Assembly (NCBI GenBank): GCA_951406725.2
Contig: OX597817.1
Span: 113,584,001-113,648,000 of the forward strand
DNA from: Octopus vulgaris
Lineage: Eukaryota
Direction: 5' to 3'
DNA: 64,000 nucleotides
Shown here: positions 25,878 to 39,412 of the stretch, in pieces
Numbering within the stretch: the first letter of the stretch is position 1
Layout: every line of letters starts with the position of its first letter
The notes under the pieces: generated by a model
The model's database searches: none
Told to the model about the DNA's origin: nothing
What the model saw: the letters and a program-made list of their open reading frames with translations, nothing else
Translations under genes and position numbers: made by a program

Positions 25878-25944
25878 GAGAGAGATAGAGAGGCTTTCAT
25901 ATATATGTTAAATATTTTAAAGGTGCCATAGGCCATCAGGTTTT

Positions 25945-26002
25945 AGGGTCTGAAGATATGCCATAAAGGGGACCTTTATGGTGAGAAACCCAGTATAACC
26001 TT
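25945..26002 (+). ncRNA. Hammerhead-like motif
   Basis: GGGT-CTGAAGA-TA-TGCCATAAAGG-GGA-CCTTTATGGTG-A-GAAA-CCCAGTA-TA-ACCT; both boxes and stems I and II present, stem III poor. Confidence 0.5.
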
Positions 26003-26486
26003 ATAAACCAGCCTTCACCAGTAATTAATATAGACAGCTCTACTTCTTAGACTGTACTCCTCCGAATTTATGTTTTTCTAAAAGAAACTGTATATATATA
26101 TATATGCATTTGCAAATGTGTGTGTGTGCGCTCCCACACTACCCAACAACCATTGTTGGTCTCTTTATGTCCCTGTAACCATAGCAGTTCAGAAAAGCAG
26201 ACTGATGGAATAAGTACTAGACTTGAAAGATTTAGGTCCTGAGGTCAACTTGAACACCTAAATCTATACTTTTCAAGACCGTGCATGAGCATGTCCACAG
26301 TTCAATAACTGAAACAAATAAAACAATAGAAGAATATTCGATTTCATATATATTCAATAATGGATACTTTCTTCATAATTGTAACAAAAATGATTACGAA
26401 ATACAAAGAACAGGAAAAGGTTACATTATAAAATTCGACATCAGAGTAAATCATTATATAGTTGAAATAGCATAGCCATAATCAAA

Positions 26487-26915
26487 GGTGATGAGCTGGC
26501 CTAATCGTTAGCACGCTGGGTGAAATACTTAGCAGTATTTCATTCGTCTTTACATTCTGAGTTCAAATTGCCTGAGGCTGACTTTGCCTTTCACCCCTTT
26601 TGGGGTTGATAAAATAAGTTCCAATTGAGCATTGGGATCAATATAATCAATTTACCCTCTACTCCGAAATTGCTGGCCTTGTGCCAAAATTTGAAACTAT
26701 AGGTAGCAAGTTGGCAGAATTGTTAGCATGCTAGGGAAAATGTTTAGTGACATTTCATCCGTCTTTACGTTCTGAGTTCAAATTCCACTGAGGTCAACTT
26801 TGTCTTTCATCCTTTGAAGATCAATAAAATAAGTACCAGTTGCATACTGGGGTCAATGTATTCGATTTACCTACCCAGAACTTGCTGGTCTTATGCCAGA
26901 ATTTGAAATCAATAT
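26487..26915 (+). mobile_element. Two tandem SINE family B copies
   Basis: Heads at about 26487 and 26702, each with TTCTGAGTTCAAAT and the CTTTCATCCTTT core; further diverged copies at 28430-28850, 40790-40930 and 54650-54865. Confidence 0.7.
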
Positions 26916-27128
26916 TCATTGTATTTAGGTGAAATTCTTTATCGTTGTCTCGAATCAATATCCAGAAGATAAAGATAAAAGTGAGTGCTTACAACAACAT
27001 TGTTGGCAAGTTCACAAATTAAGGTGCTAGTTCCAGGATTCTGAGTTCAATGAGTTCAGCAAAGAAAGCTACTGGAAAACTTCAATAAATGATTGATTTA
27101 GTGGGGTTTTTTATGGTTTCATTATTTA

Positions 27129-28413
27129 TGAGGGTCAGCTGGAAATTCATAGGCTGACCAAGATACTCTCATGGAATATAACCACATCAGATTCATTTTT
27201 CAACCTAGCCCCCTTTGCAGTGCACAAACTTCTTCCACTGGTATTGCAGTGCTTGGATCTCATTGGTGAAGGAGCTTTCAATCTGTCGGTCAAAAAAGTC
27301 ATCAGCAGCAGATATAATGTCCTCATCACTGTGATACTGGCTCCTTGTGAAGCATTTTTCCATATTGGGGAACAGATGGTAGATGGGGATAAATCAGGAG
27401 ATTAGGAAGGCTGATCAACCAGTTCAAAACTACAGTCATGCACAACAGCCATTGAAACCAAGGGCTTGCGTGCTGGAACACTGTCCTGATAAAACAAGAC
27501 CTCTTTCATCAGTTTTCTTGGGTGTTTGGTCTTGTTAGCTTTCATAACTGCTTCAGCAAGTTGGCATAGTGCTTTGCATTGATAGTGTGGTCCTTTTGAA
27601 GACAGTCAATAAACATAATGTCTTTTGCATTCCAAAAATCTGAGGCTGTCACGTTCCCTGCAGATAAAATGGCCTTGACCTTTGGAGCAGGTGAGGAGGT
27701 GTGTTTCCACTGCATCAATTGTCTCTTTGTCTTTGACTCAAATTGATGAAGCCAACACTCATCCTGGGTTGGGAAATTTCAAGAAAACCAGTTGGATCTG
27801 CTTGAAGCAATGTTAGATTTCCCTGTGACATAATCAACTTGCTGTGCTTTTGATCAGATGTCAGGAGATGTGGCACCCACCGAGCAGAAACCTTTGCCAT
27901 GCCAAGTTCATTGTGCAGAACATTCTTAACTCTTTCATGGGATATGTTAATAGCATTGGCTATTTGATTTATAGTCAATCTTTGTTATCCAACAGTATGT
28001 GGCAAACACAATCAATGTTTTCCTCTGTGGTTGCAGTTACAGGACGCCCAGAACTTGGGTCATCTTCAAGACTCTTCCTTCCTCTCCTAAATTCAGTTAC
28101 CCACTTTTGCATTGTTGATAAACCTGGAGCATCATCCCCTAATGTAGCAACCATGTCAGCATAAATGTCACTGGGGGATAAACTCTTTTCCTTCGGGTAC
28201 TTGATATCACCATGATACCAAATTATGTCTATTTTCAAGAGAAGTAGCTACTAGTTAGTTTTTGATGTCTTTTTTGAAGAGTCAGATGTCAGTTTACACA
28301 AAAAGAAATAATGCAGATATTAATAAGAAGAGTTGAAATTAATGCATGCAAGATTTCACAGTTTTAGCATCATTCTTTCATAGTCAGCCTGTGAACTTTT
28401 CTGCCCACCCTTA
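27129..28413 (-). mobile_element. Decayed mariner transposon
   Basis: Imperfect TIRs (GAGGGTCAGCTGGAAATTCATAGGCTGAC / GTCAGCCTGTGAACTTTTCTGCCCACCCT); ORF pieces with SLEDDPSSGRP and KVSARWVPHLLT. Confidence 0.85.
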
Positions 28414-29459
28414 CATCTAAGGCTAAGTGATGAGAAGTAGAATAGACAAAATGCTTCATGTCCTTCCTTCTGGTTTTATGTCCTGAGTTCAAATTCTGTC
28501 AAGGTTGATTTTCCTTTTGTCCTTTTGAGGTCAATAAATTAATTACTAGGTGAGCACTTGAGTTGATGTAATTGACTGACCCTTGCCAAAAAATTTCAGG
28601 CTTTGTGCATATAGTAGAAAGTATTATTTTATCTGTGACAGCAAGCTGATAGAATCATTAGTGAGATGGACAAAATGCTCAGCAGCATTTCTCCTGGCTC
28701 ATTACATTCTGAGTTCAAATTCTGCCAAGGATAACTTTGCTTTTCATCCTTACAGAGTTGATAAAATAATTACCAGTTGAACAGCAAAGTTAATGCAGTT
28801 GACTTACCCTCTCCCTTAAAATTGCTGGCCTTGTGCCAAAATTTTAAACCACTATTTTATTCTAGATATTTGACTATTGAATAAAAAGTAATTTTTTTTC
28901 ATATACGTGTAGAACCATTATATAAATACTACCCTTTATGGTTTATAAGTCTACAAAAGTAAGCCATAAGAAAAAGAAAAAAGAAAACAAAGTGAAAAAG
29001 GAAATCAGTAAATAAATAATCAAAATAGAGGCATGCACAATCCATTCCCTTATACAACATGCTAGAGGAAATTGGTGCTCCTCTCTAAAATTTTTGAGAC
29101 ACTCCAAACTCAAGGCATTACTGAAGGTGATTGTGAGGCTGAGGTCTGTACAGCCAGGCAGCCTCCCAAGTATCATCAAAAACAGGCATGGGTAATCTTT
29201 TTCAAGAAGCACACCTCACAAGATATGGATCATTATTAGGCAGGTTGCACTACTGAAAAAGAATTCAAAGTAATCTTTTGTTAGGTGTGCCATTCAGAAA
29301 ATCCCAGAAGTAGCAGTTTGCCCATGACTAATCTCAAATATCGGTAAGGCAGGATGCTAATAAAGTCAAAAACTTACTTGTCTGCAATCTAACACCCACC
29401 ACCAACACCACTACCACCATCTCAAAAGCCTGGGGCTGAAAAAAATTATTTACTGATGT

Positions 29460-29755
29460 CTTGCAAGTTACTTGGTGACCCTGCTGGTGCTGGTGCCATG
29501 TAAAAAGCATCTAGTCCACATTGTGAAGTGGTTGGCATTTGGAAAGGCATCCAGATGTAAAAACCATGTCAAAACTGACCTCACCTGTGCTGGTGCCACA
29601 TAAAAAGCACTCAGTCCACTCTGCAGGGTGATTGGTGTTAGGAAAACCACTAAAACAGACACTGAAGCTGGTGTAGACTTCTACCTAGCCGGCTCCTGTT
29701 AAACTGTCCAACCCATGCTAGTATGGAAGGCAGATGTTAAATGATGATGATGATT
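29460..29755 (+). mobile_element. RTE-type 3' tail copy (diverged)
   Basis: AACCCATGCTAGTATGGAAGGCAGATGTTAAATGATGATGATG end. Confidence 0.7.
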
Positions 29756-30318
29756 AAAATACTTTGATGCCTTAGTTCATTCAGTTATGGAAGTAGTCAC
29801 TCTCTTCTCCGTTGCAACATTAAGGATGTAATGGAGCAAATAAAACACTAATGGTATCATCCCATAAAAAAAACAAAAAAAAACATCTATCTCTAGCTCA
29901 AGGGTACAGAGTGAATCTATCAGGCACCTTCCCGTCACTCAGAAAATCCTACTGGCTCCAGATTTGCAAAGATGTTTACTCTGGCTGGAACTTATTTAGT
30001 GATACAATTATATAAATTATATAGTCATATATTGTCAAATTAATAAGTGATTTAAAATATCATTTGTTTAAAGGCTTTAACTCTTATTTTAGAGTATTCA
30101 AACAAAAAGTGACACTTTTCTATTGATTTTATTTCTAGTTATCAGCACATAGAGATTCTCTATGATAGATAAATACATTACAGTTAGGAAGGCAAACCTG
30201 ATCAAAAACAACATTCTGGTTGGTTTGGAAGGTTCTTGGATCCGACAAGACAAAAAAGAGTGGATGTATTTGTTAGTGTACATACATACGTACGTACGTA
30301 CATACGTACATACATACA

Positions 30319-30349
<31 letters not shown>

Positions 30350-30535
30350 GCGTGCACACACGCACACACAACTCTGAAGCATTAAAGATAATTGTAGAGA
30401 AATTAAAGCAAGAATGAAACATATATCATTTTTATTTTATTTTCTTCATATCAACAAAATTAGACATCTTTCGATCTTGTTGACAGAATAATTCAATTGG
30501 CACATAGTACATGATTTGTGAATATAAGTTAAATA

Positions 30536-31101
30536 TTGGGTTGTCCGGAAAGTTTGTGCCGATTTTTAAAGGAAAGAAAAAGGTCAATAAATACTTGCCA
30601 TTACATTTTTAATCAACCACATATGAACCATTTTGTTACATAATGCATCTCCATCATTCCTTTAACTTGAAAATACCCTCTTCCCAGATTTGAGGTGGAT
30701 TCATGGCAAAGAATTCATCAAGGTATCTTTTTACGTCATCCAAGGAATTGAAATTTTTACCATTAAGACTATTCTACAGAGACCTGAATAAGTGGAAATC
30801 CGAAGGAACAATATCTGGTAAATATGGTGGGTGGGGTAACACATCCCAGCCGAGCTGCAGCAATTTTTGTCTTGTTCCCAAAGCATCAAGTGCTGAAAAG
30901 GAACTTTCTTATCTTCCATTTTAAAGGGTTACAAAATTAACACAGGTTATAGGAACATAAACCTTCTCCCACAAAAAGATAGCTTAAACTGTGCTCTAAA
31001 TGGAGGTGTAGTCAAATCCTATTTTATGGACTCAACCATGTTCTAAAATAAGTCAAAAGGTAAGCTACTATAAATCAGCACGAACTTTCTGGACAACCCA
31101 A
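30536..31101 (-). mobile_element. Internally deleted mariner (MITE-like)
   Basis: TA|TTGGGTTGTCCGGAAAGTTTGTGCCGATTT ... AAATCAGCACGAACTTTCTGGACAACCCAA|TA; retains HPPYLPDIVPSDFHLFRSL. Confidence 0.85.
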
Positions 31102-32894
31102 TAGAACAAAATTCAGGAATACAATTTACAAGATCAAATATAAGTATGTTTAGAAATAAACATACATATTTTTAGTTTTTAGAAAGTTAATTGAATAATG
31201 TGTGATGGAAATGTACATGTATATCTTGTTTTACAATGTCAGTTGAAATGTGTTGTAGAAAATGTTATAAAAATGTACATAGAGATTGTTCATGTTTGTA
31301 AAACAATTATCAAACAGATAACTGATAGCTGTAAAAATAGATAACATGTTTTTTAACTGGTAGAAAGAGATTCTTTATTCTTGTCAATATGTACCATGAT
31401 TTGGATAGCTGAAAGAAAGATGATTCCATTTTGTTGGTTCATTGTTGCTTTCTGATGTTTGTATAAAAGCATGTTGGAAGGTCAGCTGATTGACATATCT
31501 GGTTTTGAGTGGCTTGAAGGTAGTTGATCTTTTAAATTGTAGTTGATCTTTTAAATTGTAGCAAAATAAGGCTCTCAGACTACTAGCCTTTCATAGATTA
31601 ATATTTCTTGTAGGCTAAAATAGCATATAACAAAACTATGAAGCCATTATTACTGTAGTCACTATATCAATCCACTTCCTTGATGACTGGGGAAGTAGCA
31701 ATTGATAAACGGTAGGAAAAATGATGCAAAACTTGCTAATGAGAAATGAAATATTTTTACAAAATGGATTGGCTAGTTGATGTGTTGTCTTGTCTTAGTC
31801 TTCCTTGTTTACTGGGTAAAAAGATTGTTGGAACTGGTAACAGAGGTATAGACAGTAGGTTGAGTTACTGGTGTAAGGAAGTTGTTGCTGATTGAGATTC
31901 TGTGGTTAGATTGCTATCCAGATGTGGTGGCTTCAGATAGCTGGTGCCAAAATCTCCAATTTGTCATGTATATTAGGGTTAAATACTTGGGAATTCTGTG
32001 CATCATTTCAATGCAACAGAACAATCTTGCTGTCTGAAGTGGTTTCTTGATTGCATTACAGCAAACAAATCATGTAAACATTTGGAGAGGTCTTGCAGGG
32101 ACCCCTACTTTGGTCTGCTGTGACCAAGTGATAATAGGTAGAGTACAGGTCAGGTATTCATGCAGTCTGTGAGTATAGTTTAATGGGTCTCACATTGTGG
32201 TGGGCTGACAGGGTGTTATTCTCTGTTTTGTAATTTGTTGATATTTCCATGCCAGAATTCAGCAGTAGTACACCCACTTTCATCTTTCATTGTCAAACAT
32301 ATACCTTGTAGCACAAAAGGAAGGTAACCATATCATTGCCTGAACTTCCAGTGCTGACTTGAGCCAAGTTGGTAAGGGAAATATTCTGTACTGTTAGCTG
32401 TTGAATGGTAAGTGGTAGTTCAGTTTTGATTGCAAACAGGTAATTGTGTTAGCTTTGTGAATAACTTGGACTCAAACTGCTGTCTCCCATCAATTGTGAT
32501 GGTAGATAGAGTAGTAGACCTAGAAATCCACTGCTGTGTAAATGCTTTGATGACAATCTCAGGTTGTGATGTTGGTTAGTGGAATGACATTGATCCACAT
32601 GGTGTACCTATCAATACAGGTAAGCAAATAACTGTGTCTGTGGAGAGGAGCACATGGTCCCACAAGATTGGACATATATGTGCATCCCATGCGACAAAGG
32701 TACCAGTGGTGCCTTGACATGGTGATGCATCTTTACTTTCTGACATGTGAAAAAGTGTAATGATGAATTTGGGAGCCTTATTATTCCAAGTGAACAATGA
32801 GAGACTCAAAAGAAAATATTTAAAGAAAAAAACCCTTCATAAAAGAACTACAACCAGAATATAGCCATGTCTTCAATCCATGTATGTATGTATG

Positions 32895-32928
<34 letters not shown>

Positions 32929-32962
32929 TGTATGTATGTATGTGTGTAAGTGTGTGTGTGTG

Positions 32963-33180
32963 AATCATCATCATCATCATTGTTTAACGTCCACTTTTCA
33001 TGCTAGCATGGGTTGGACGATTTGACTGAGGTCTGGCGAACCAGATGGCTGCACCAGACTCCAATCTGATCTGGTAGAGTTTCTACAGCTGGATGCCCTT
33101 CCTAACACCAACCACTTTGAGAGTGTAGTGGGTGCTTTTATGTGCCACCAGCACAAGGGGCAGTCAGGCAGTACTGGCAA
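32963..33180 (-). mobile_element. RTE-type 3' tail copy
   Basis: (CAT)n plus the family core; flanked by (TATG)n. Confidence 0.8.
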
Positions 33181-33214
33181 TGTATGTATGTACATATGTA
33201 TGTACGTATGTATG

Positions 33215-33248
<34 letters not shown>

Positions 33249-34116
33249 TGTATGTATGTATGTATGCATGCATGCATGTATGTATGTATGTATGTATGTA
33301 TGTATGTATGTACATACAAGCATAAATACTGGTAAAATTCAGAATCTGTGTTTGTTTGAGTGTGCTGTGAAATTAGCAAAAAATAATCAGTTGAATTGCT
33401 AAGATGTATCTATAAATGTACTCTTAAATACATTGTCTTTTGTCTAAAATCACTTCTGTTACATTTCCATGCCTTAAAACTTCAAAAGAGAAGAATATCT
33501 TTTCTTATTTTATCAACATGGAAAAATAACTTCCTATCATTCATGAAAGAAAGACATTAGAGTGTTATGCGTGGGCACATACAAAAGTACAGACATACAT
33601 ATGAAAGCAGACAAGCACACACATACATAAAAGGCATAAGATTAAGATATGTAGATAAGACACACATGTATCAAAAATGCATACACATATACAAAGACAT
33701 GACTTATAGATATTTAGATATGACACGTATGAATCAAACCCACAGATATACATATGCACATCATATAGTGAACCCACGCACAAAGAAACACAAACAAAGC
33801 ATGAAAACAGGTACAATACATAAACACATTCACAGGACACTTAATGTGGAATAAATACATCTAAAAATGAATGTATGGCACAAACACGCAAGACAAATAA
33901 ATATCAAGTCACACAAACATACAATCAATACTTCAGCATATAGACAAGATATACACACATAAGTTTGTAGCATTTTGAGAATAAACTCTATGTCTTATTT
34001 TATTGTGCTATTAATATAAAAGAGGTAAGATTTGAAGACATGTTTGTGTGTGTGTGTATATATATATAGATAGATAGATAGATAGATGGATAGATAGATA
34101 AATATGTATATATATC

Positions 34117-34360
34117 AGTTATGAGAGCTAATGGTTTCAATAAGACCCAAATGTGTCAGTTAATGCTGAGTAAGTGCTATGGACAGACTATAGTTAAGCT
34201 CTAGGGTCCGAGATTATGCAAATGAGGAGTCCAATGTAGGCCATATATCAGCATGTGTGTATATAAAAAAAATTTTTAGAATGAGATAAAAATCAAAGGG
34301 TGTGAAAGATTTTAGAACATTTATTAAATAGAAGGTCTTACAGCTGTTTCCGGGATATTC
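34117..34360. mobile_element. Truncated copy of the hammerhead-bearing repeat at 60342-61100
   Basis: Colinear with 60342-60590; breaks off inside the hammerhead motif (GGTCTTACAGCTGTTTCCGGGATA) at a (TA)n run. Confidence 0.8.
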
Positions 34361-34430
34361 TATATATATATATATATATTATTAATACTTAGGGAATGTA
34401 ATAATTCCAAAAATTATATATATATATATT

Positions 34431-34690
34431 GTGGAGGCGTGTGGCTTAGTGGTTAGGGTGTCAGCATCATTAGCGTAAGATTGTGGTTTCGATTCCTGGA
34501 CCGGGCGACATGTTGTGTTCTTGAGCAAAACACTTCATTTCACGTTGCTCCAGTCCACTCAGCTGGCAAAAATGAGTAACACTGCGATGGACTGGCGTCC
34601 CATCCAGCTGGGGAACACATACGCCATTGAAACCTGGAAACCAGGTCCATGAGCCTGGCTAGGCTTTAAAAGGGCGCATTTATTTTATTA
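34431..34690 (+). mobile_element. tRNA-derived SINE family C (V-domain-like)
   Basis: A box TGGCTTAGTGG, B box GGTTTCGATTCC, central GCGATGGACTGGCGTCCCATCCAG; relatives sharing the head lie on the minus strand at 36410-36600, 36715-37015, 49590-49935 and 53630-53997. Confidence 0.75.
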
Positions 34691-34693
34691 TTA

Positions 34694-34757
<64 letters not shown>

Positions 34758-36030
34758 CGAGGGCGTTCAATAAGTAATGCCCCTGACTCACTTCCCATAG
34801 CAGTAGAGCAACGAAACTTGGCACAGTTATTAGTCTTTTTCTACATAGGAACCACCCAGAGTTACGCATTTCTCCCATCGTTTGATGCGGCTCTGGAGAC
34901 CGTTTTTGTAGAAGAACCCAGCTTGGTCCTCCAACCTCAACGTGACTTCAGAAATCAAGGTTGCATCATCTGGGAAACACTTTCCTTTCAAAAACAACTT
35001 CATGATTGGGAAGAGGTGAAAATCAGAAGGTGCAAGGTCAGGAAAGTAGGGGGGATGGGGAGGAGTTCATAGCCATATGCCTGTGCTTCTGATCTGGCGA
35101 CAAGCGAGTTGTGGACCGGAGCGTTGTCCTGCAGGAGGAGGATGCCTTTGCTGATCTTACCCCGCCTCTTGAGTTTGATAACTTCTCTTAATTTCCTCAA
35201 AAGTGAAGCATAATAGGCTCCTGCAATTGTGGTACCCTTTGCCAGGAAATCTGTCATCACTACTCCGTCCTGGTCCCAGAAGACTGTGAGCATGACCTTG
35301 CCAGCGGAGGGCTGCACCCTTGCCTTCTTTGGAGGGGGTGAGTCACGGTGCTTTCACTGCATTGACTGGGCTTTGGTCTCTGGATCATCGTGATGGACCC
35401 AGGTTTCATCCTGTGTAATCAGTCTTTTGAAAAATTTTGACTCATCTTCTTGGCACATCTCCAAATTCACCCTCGAGCACTCGACGCGTTCTTGCTTCTG
35501 GAAAGGCGTGAGCAACCTGGGAATCCATCTGGCAGACACCTTTTGCATATGCAAATGGTCATGAATGATAGTTTCCACAGACCCGGTACTAATCTTGACC
35601 TCATGGGCTATTTGGCGAATAATTATGCGTCGATCTTCCAAAATGGCAGCCTCAACTTGACGGACAGATGCCTCATCAATGGCAGAAGGGGGCGACCAGA
35701 TCTGGGAGCTGTTTCCACAGAGTTCCGACCATCTTTGAATTCACGATGCCAGCGTTTTACAAGGTCATAGGATGGGGCATCATTACCATAAGTTACTTTC
35801 ATTTCATCAAAAGTCTCCCGTGGTGTGCATCCTTTCAAATACAAAAACCGGATCACTGCTCGACACTCAACAGGCTCCATTTCACACTTGACTCGGTTCA
35901 AACACCTGTAAATCAGAAACCACAATTAATTCAGAACTGTAATTTGCCACTTACTCTATAGAGATATAAATGATTGCACATGCAAACAACTGCAAGTGGG
36001 TCAGAGGCATTACTTATTGAACGTCCCTCG
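34758..36030 (-). mobile_element. Near-full-length mariner transposon with frameshifted transposase
   Basis: TA|CGAGGGCGTTCAATAAGTAATGCCCCTGAC ... GTCAGAGGCATTACTTATTGAACGTCCCTCG|TA; RWIPRLL, ITQDETW and LLQDNAPVH motifs. Confidence 0.92.
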
Positions 36031-36064
<34 letters not shown>

Positions 36065-38538
36065 TACATTCATAGGCTGCGTGGTAAGAAGCTTACTTCC
36101 CAACCACATGGTTCTGAGTTCAGTCCCACTGTGTGGCACCTTGGGCAAGTGTCTCCTACTATACCCTCAGGCCAGCCTTGGCAGACAGAAACTGAAAGAA
36201 GCCCATTGTATCGCGAGCCACTAAAGCTTTTTTTATTCTCTCTCTGTTTATTTTCTTGTGCTCCTTTCTGTTGAAGTGGGTAGGCTCGAAACATAAAAGA
36301 CTTTCTCACCTTCCCAAGCATTAAACTAATACACCTGTTTGTTGTTAACAGTTGACAAGTCCTTTAACTACTTAGGGGTTGTTGGGTTGCTGAAGCCATG
36401 CAGTATATTTAGGGTGAGAAAACCTGGCAGAGCCCATCCCTCTCCAGGCTAAACTCAGTTCTACAGCTGAGTGGACTGGAGCACCATAAAATGAAGGGTT
36501 TTGCTCAATAATACAACGGATCACCCGGTCCAGGGATCAAAACCACAATCTTATGATTGTGAGTCCAACACCTTAACCACTGAGCCATGTGCCTTCACAT
36601 ATGCACCTCCATCATATGCACCCAGAATTAGAATTGGGGTCTGAATCTATGAGCAAGTTTGAATGAGAAGCAGAGAATAAAACCTGATCTGACAGAGACA
36701 GGTGGAGACTGTTGTTTGTTCCTTCTTGAGCCACACCTGGCTCATAAGTGCTGGTTTCCAAGTTTCCTTGGTGTATAGGTTCCCCACCTGGATGGGACAC
36801 CGGTCCATCGCAGGTGAACTGCAAGATGCAGGAGGAAAGAGTGACAGAAAGTTGTGGCGAAAGTCAGCAGAGGTTTGACATTAGCTTCTGCCGGAGCCGC
36901 ATGAAGCTTAGGTGTTTCGCTCATAAACACATACATTGCCCTGGTCTGAGATTCAAACCCGCAATCCATCGACCGCAAGTCTGCTGCTCTAACCACTAGG
37001 CCATGTGCCTCCACAGGTGGAGACCGTGAACTAAGGATGAATACTTCAACAGCTTTTCACTGCAACAGCAAGCTAATGGAACACTGCTTAATAATTCAAT
37101 GTTCCCACTCTTTACAGCTAGGTAAACAGAGTCAGCAAGAGTTAAGTGTTATCACCATTGATGTAACACTGTTGAAAATACAAGCCATCAATCCTATCAC
37201 CTATAGCTCAATACCTTATTGATCCAGTCATTTATGATTGTAAATTATACAGTGAACAGGTTCTGACATACAATAATCACATTTCTGCAATGTGAATATT
37301 TTTCTCATGTTAGCTATGACAGAATGATGCAGAACTTTGTGGGTTTTCTGTTAAGGGATTTCTAGTGTCAGTCATGGCAGTATAATACCCTGTATTCTAT
37401 TGGTTTTATTAGTGTTAAATATAGCACTGCATTTTAAATATTTTCCTCGTGTTAACAATGATGACATAGTGTAGAATTCAAAAGTTTTCTTAATCTTAAC
37501 AAGAGCGAGTGGGAGAAGGGGTGGGGGAGAGAGAGAATAAGATACCTTAATTGTACCTATTGGTGTGGGAAAAGAAACTTGTCTGATGCTGAGCAAATAG
37601 CTCAAGAAAACAATAAGATTTTTAACCTGCTTAATATAACTCCAAAACGGATTAGCAGGCTATTACTCTCTAAGCCAAATTTTCTGATTGGTTGAAATAA
37701 CATATATAGCAACAGTGAAAGTAACATATCCACATGAGTTTGATGCAGAATTTTTAAGATATTTCTAGTACAAGTATTGACAATATATCTTTATCTTATT
37801 TTTTTCTATCTATTTTTCTATCTACTTGTTTCAATCATTAGACAGCAGCCATACTAGGGCATCACCCTGAAGAGTTTTTAGTTGAACAAATCAACCTCAA
37901 TACTTTTTGTTAAGCGTGGTACTTATTCTATTGACCTCTTTAAGTGAACCATTAAGTGATGGGGATGTAAACAAACCTGCACCAGTTGTCAAGCAAGAGT
38001 TGGGGACAAATACAGAGACAAAGAAATACACACACAGATACAAACACATGCATGCACACACACACACATATGATGAGCTTTTTTCAGCCTCCATCTACTA
38101 AATCCATCCACAAGGCTATAATAATAGTCACTTGCCCAAGGTGCCATGCAGTGGGATTGAACCTGGAACCATGTAGTTGGGAGCAAGCTTCTTACCACAC
38201 AGCCACGAGCAGAATTTTAAAGATTTATTTTCATGTTAGCTATAACTGCATTCTATTATATTTTATTTTCTTACTTGCTTTAGTCATTAGACTGTGGCCA
38301 TGATGGGGCATCACCTTATAGGATTTAATCAGGGACCTTGATACTTACATTTTTTGAGTCTGGTATTTATTCTATCAGTAACTTTTGCTGAACTGCTAAG
38401 TTACAAGGACATAAGCAAACTCACACCAGTTGTTAAGTAGTGCTGGGGACAAACACACACACACACATATGTGCATGCACACATACATACACCACACACA
38501 TATGCACACTTATATATATATATATATATATACCATAT

Positions 38539-38958
38539 AGGCGCAGGAGTGGCTGTGTGGTTAGTAGCTTGCTAACCAGCCACATGGTTCCGGGTTCAGT
38601 CCCACTGCGTGGCATCTTGGGCAAGTGTCTTCTGCAATAGCCCCGGGCCGACCAATGCCTTGTGAGTGGATTTGGTAGACGGAAACTGAAAGAAGCCTGT
38701 CGTATATATGTATGTATATATATATATGTATGTGTGTGTGTGTTTGTCTGTCTGTGTTTGTCCCCCTAGCATTGCTTGACAACAGATGCTGGTGTGTTTA
38801 CGTCCCCGTCACTTAGCGGTTCGGCAAAAGAGACCGATAGAATAAGTACTGGGCTTACAAAGAATAAGTCCCGGGGTCGATTTGCTCGACTAAAAAAAGG
38901 CGGTGCTCCAGCATGGCCACAGTCAAATGACTGAATCAAGTAAAAGAGTAAAAGAGTA
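38539..38958 (+). mobile_element. Full-length tRNA-derived SINE family A with internal microsatellite
   Basis: GGCGCAGGAGTGGCTGTGTGGTTAG...GGGTTCAGTCCC head and (GTAAAAGA)n tail; many partial copies (3803-3968, 17190-17660, 37820-38205, 42205-42590, 58855-59010). Confidence 0.85.
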
Positions 38959-38995
<37 letters not shown>

Positions 38996-39056
38996 TATAT
39001 ATAATTTGTAAAAGGCATAGATTCAAAAGAAGAAACAGCAGTACATATTATTAATT

Positions 39057-39185
39057 AAAAATGGGAAGGCCAGTTTATGGGATTACCTTAGGTTTAGCTT
39101 TATGGCATATGTCAGATCCCAAAAACCTGTTGACCCATGACCTCTTAAACCTAAGGTATTCCCATAAACTGGACTTCCCCATTTT
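39057..39185. repeat. Short inverted-repeat element between (TA)n runs
   Basis: AAAATGGGAAGGCCAGTTTATGGGATTACCTTAGGTTT / AAACCTAAGGTATTCCCATAAACTGGACTTCCCCATTTT; related to 25925-26030. Confidence 0.75.
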
Positions 39186-39190
39186 TATTT

Positions 39191-39244
<54 letters not shown>

Positions 39245-39412
39245 ATAGTCTCTCACGCAGTTTCTGTCTACCAAATTCAATAATTCACTTACAGGTATTG
39301 ACTGACCCAGAAATAAAGTAGAAGACACTGCCAAATGCACTGCACAGTGGGATTGAACCTGAAACTGTATGATTGCAAAGTGAGCTTCTTAACCACACAG
39401 CCTTTTAAAAGA

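Noticed and set aside
31300-32810. Non-microsatellite block that may be an old retroelement or a minus-strand exon
   Set aside because: No convincing motif or open frame could be read by eye
34431-34505. tRNA-like sequence with A and B boxes (also 38539-38610)
   Set aside because: These are SINE heads continuing into SINE bodies, with no proper cloverleaf acceptor stem
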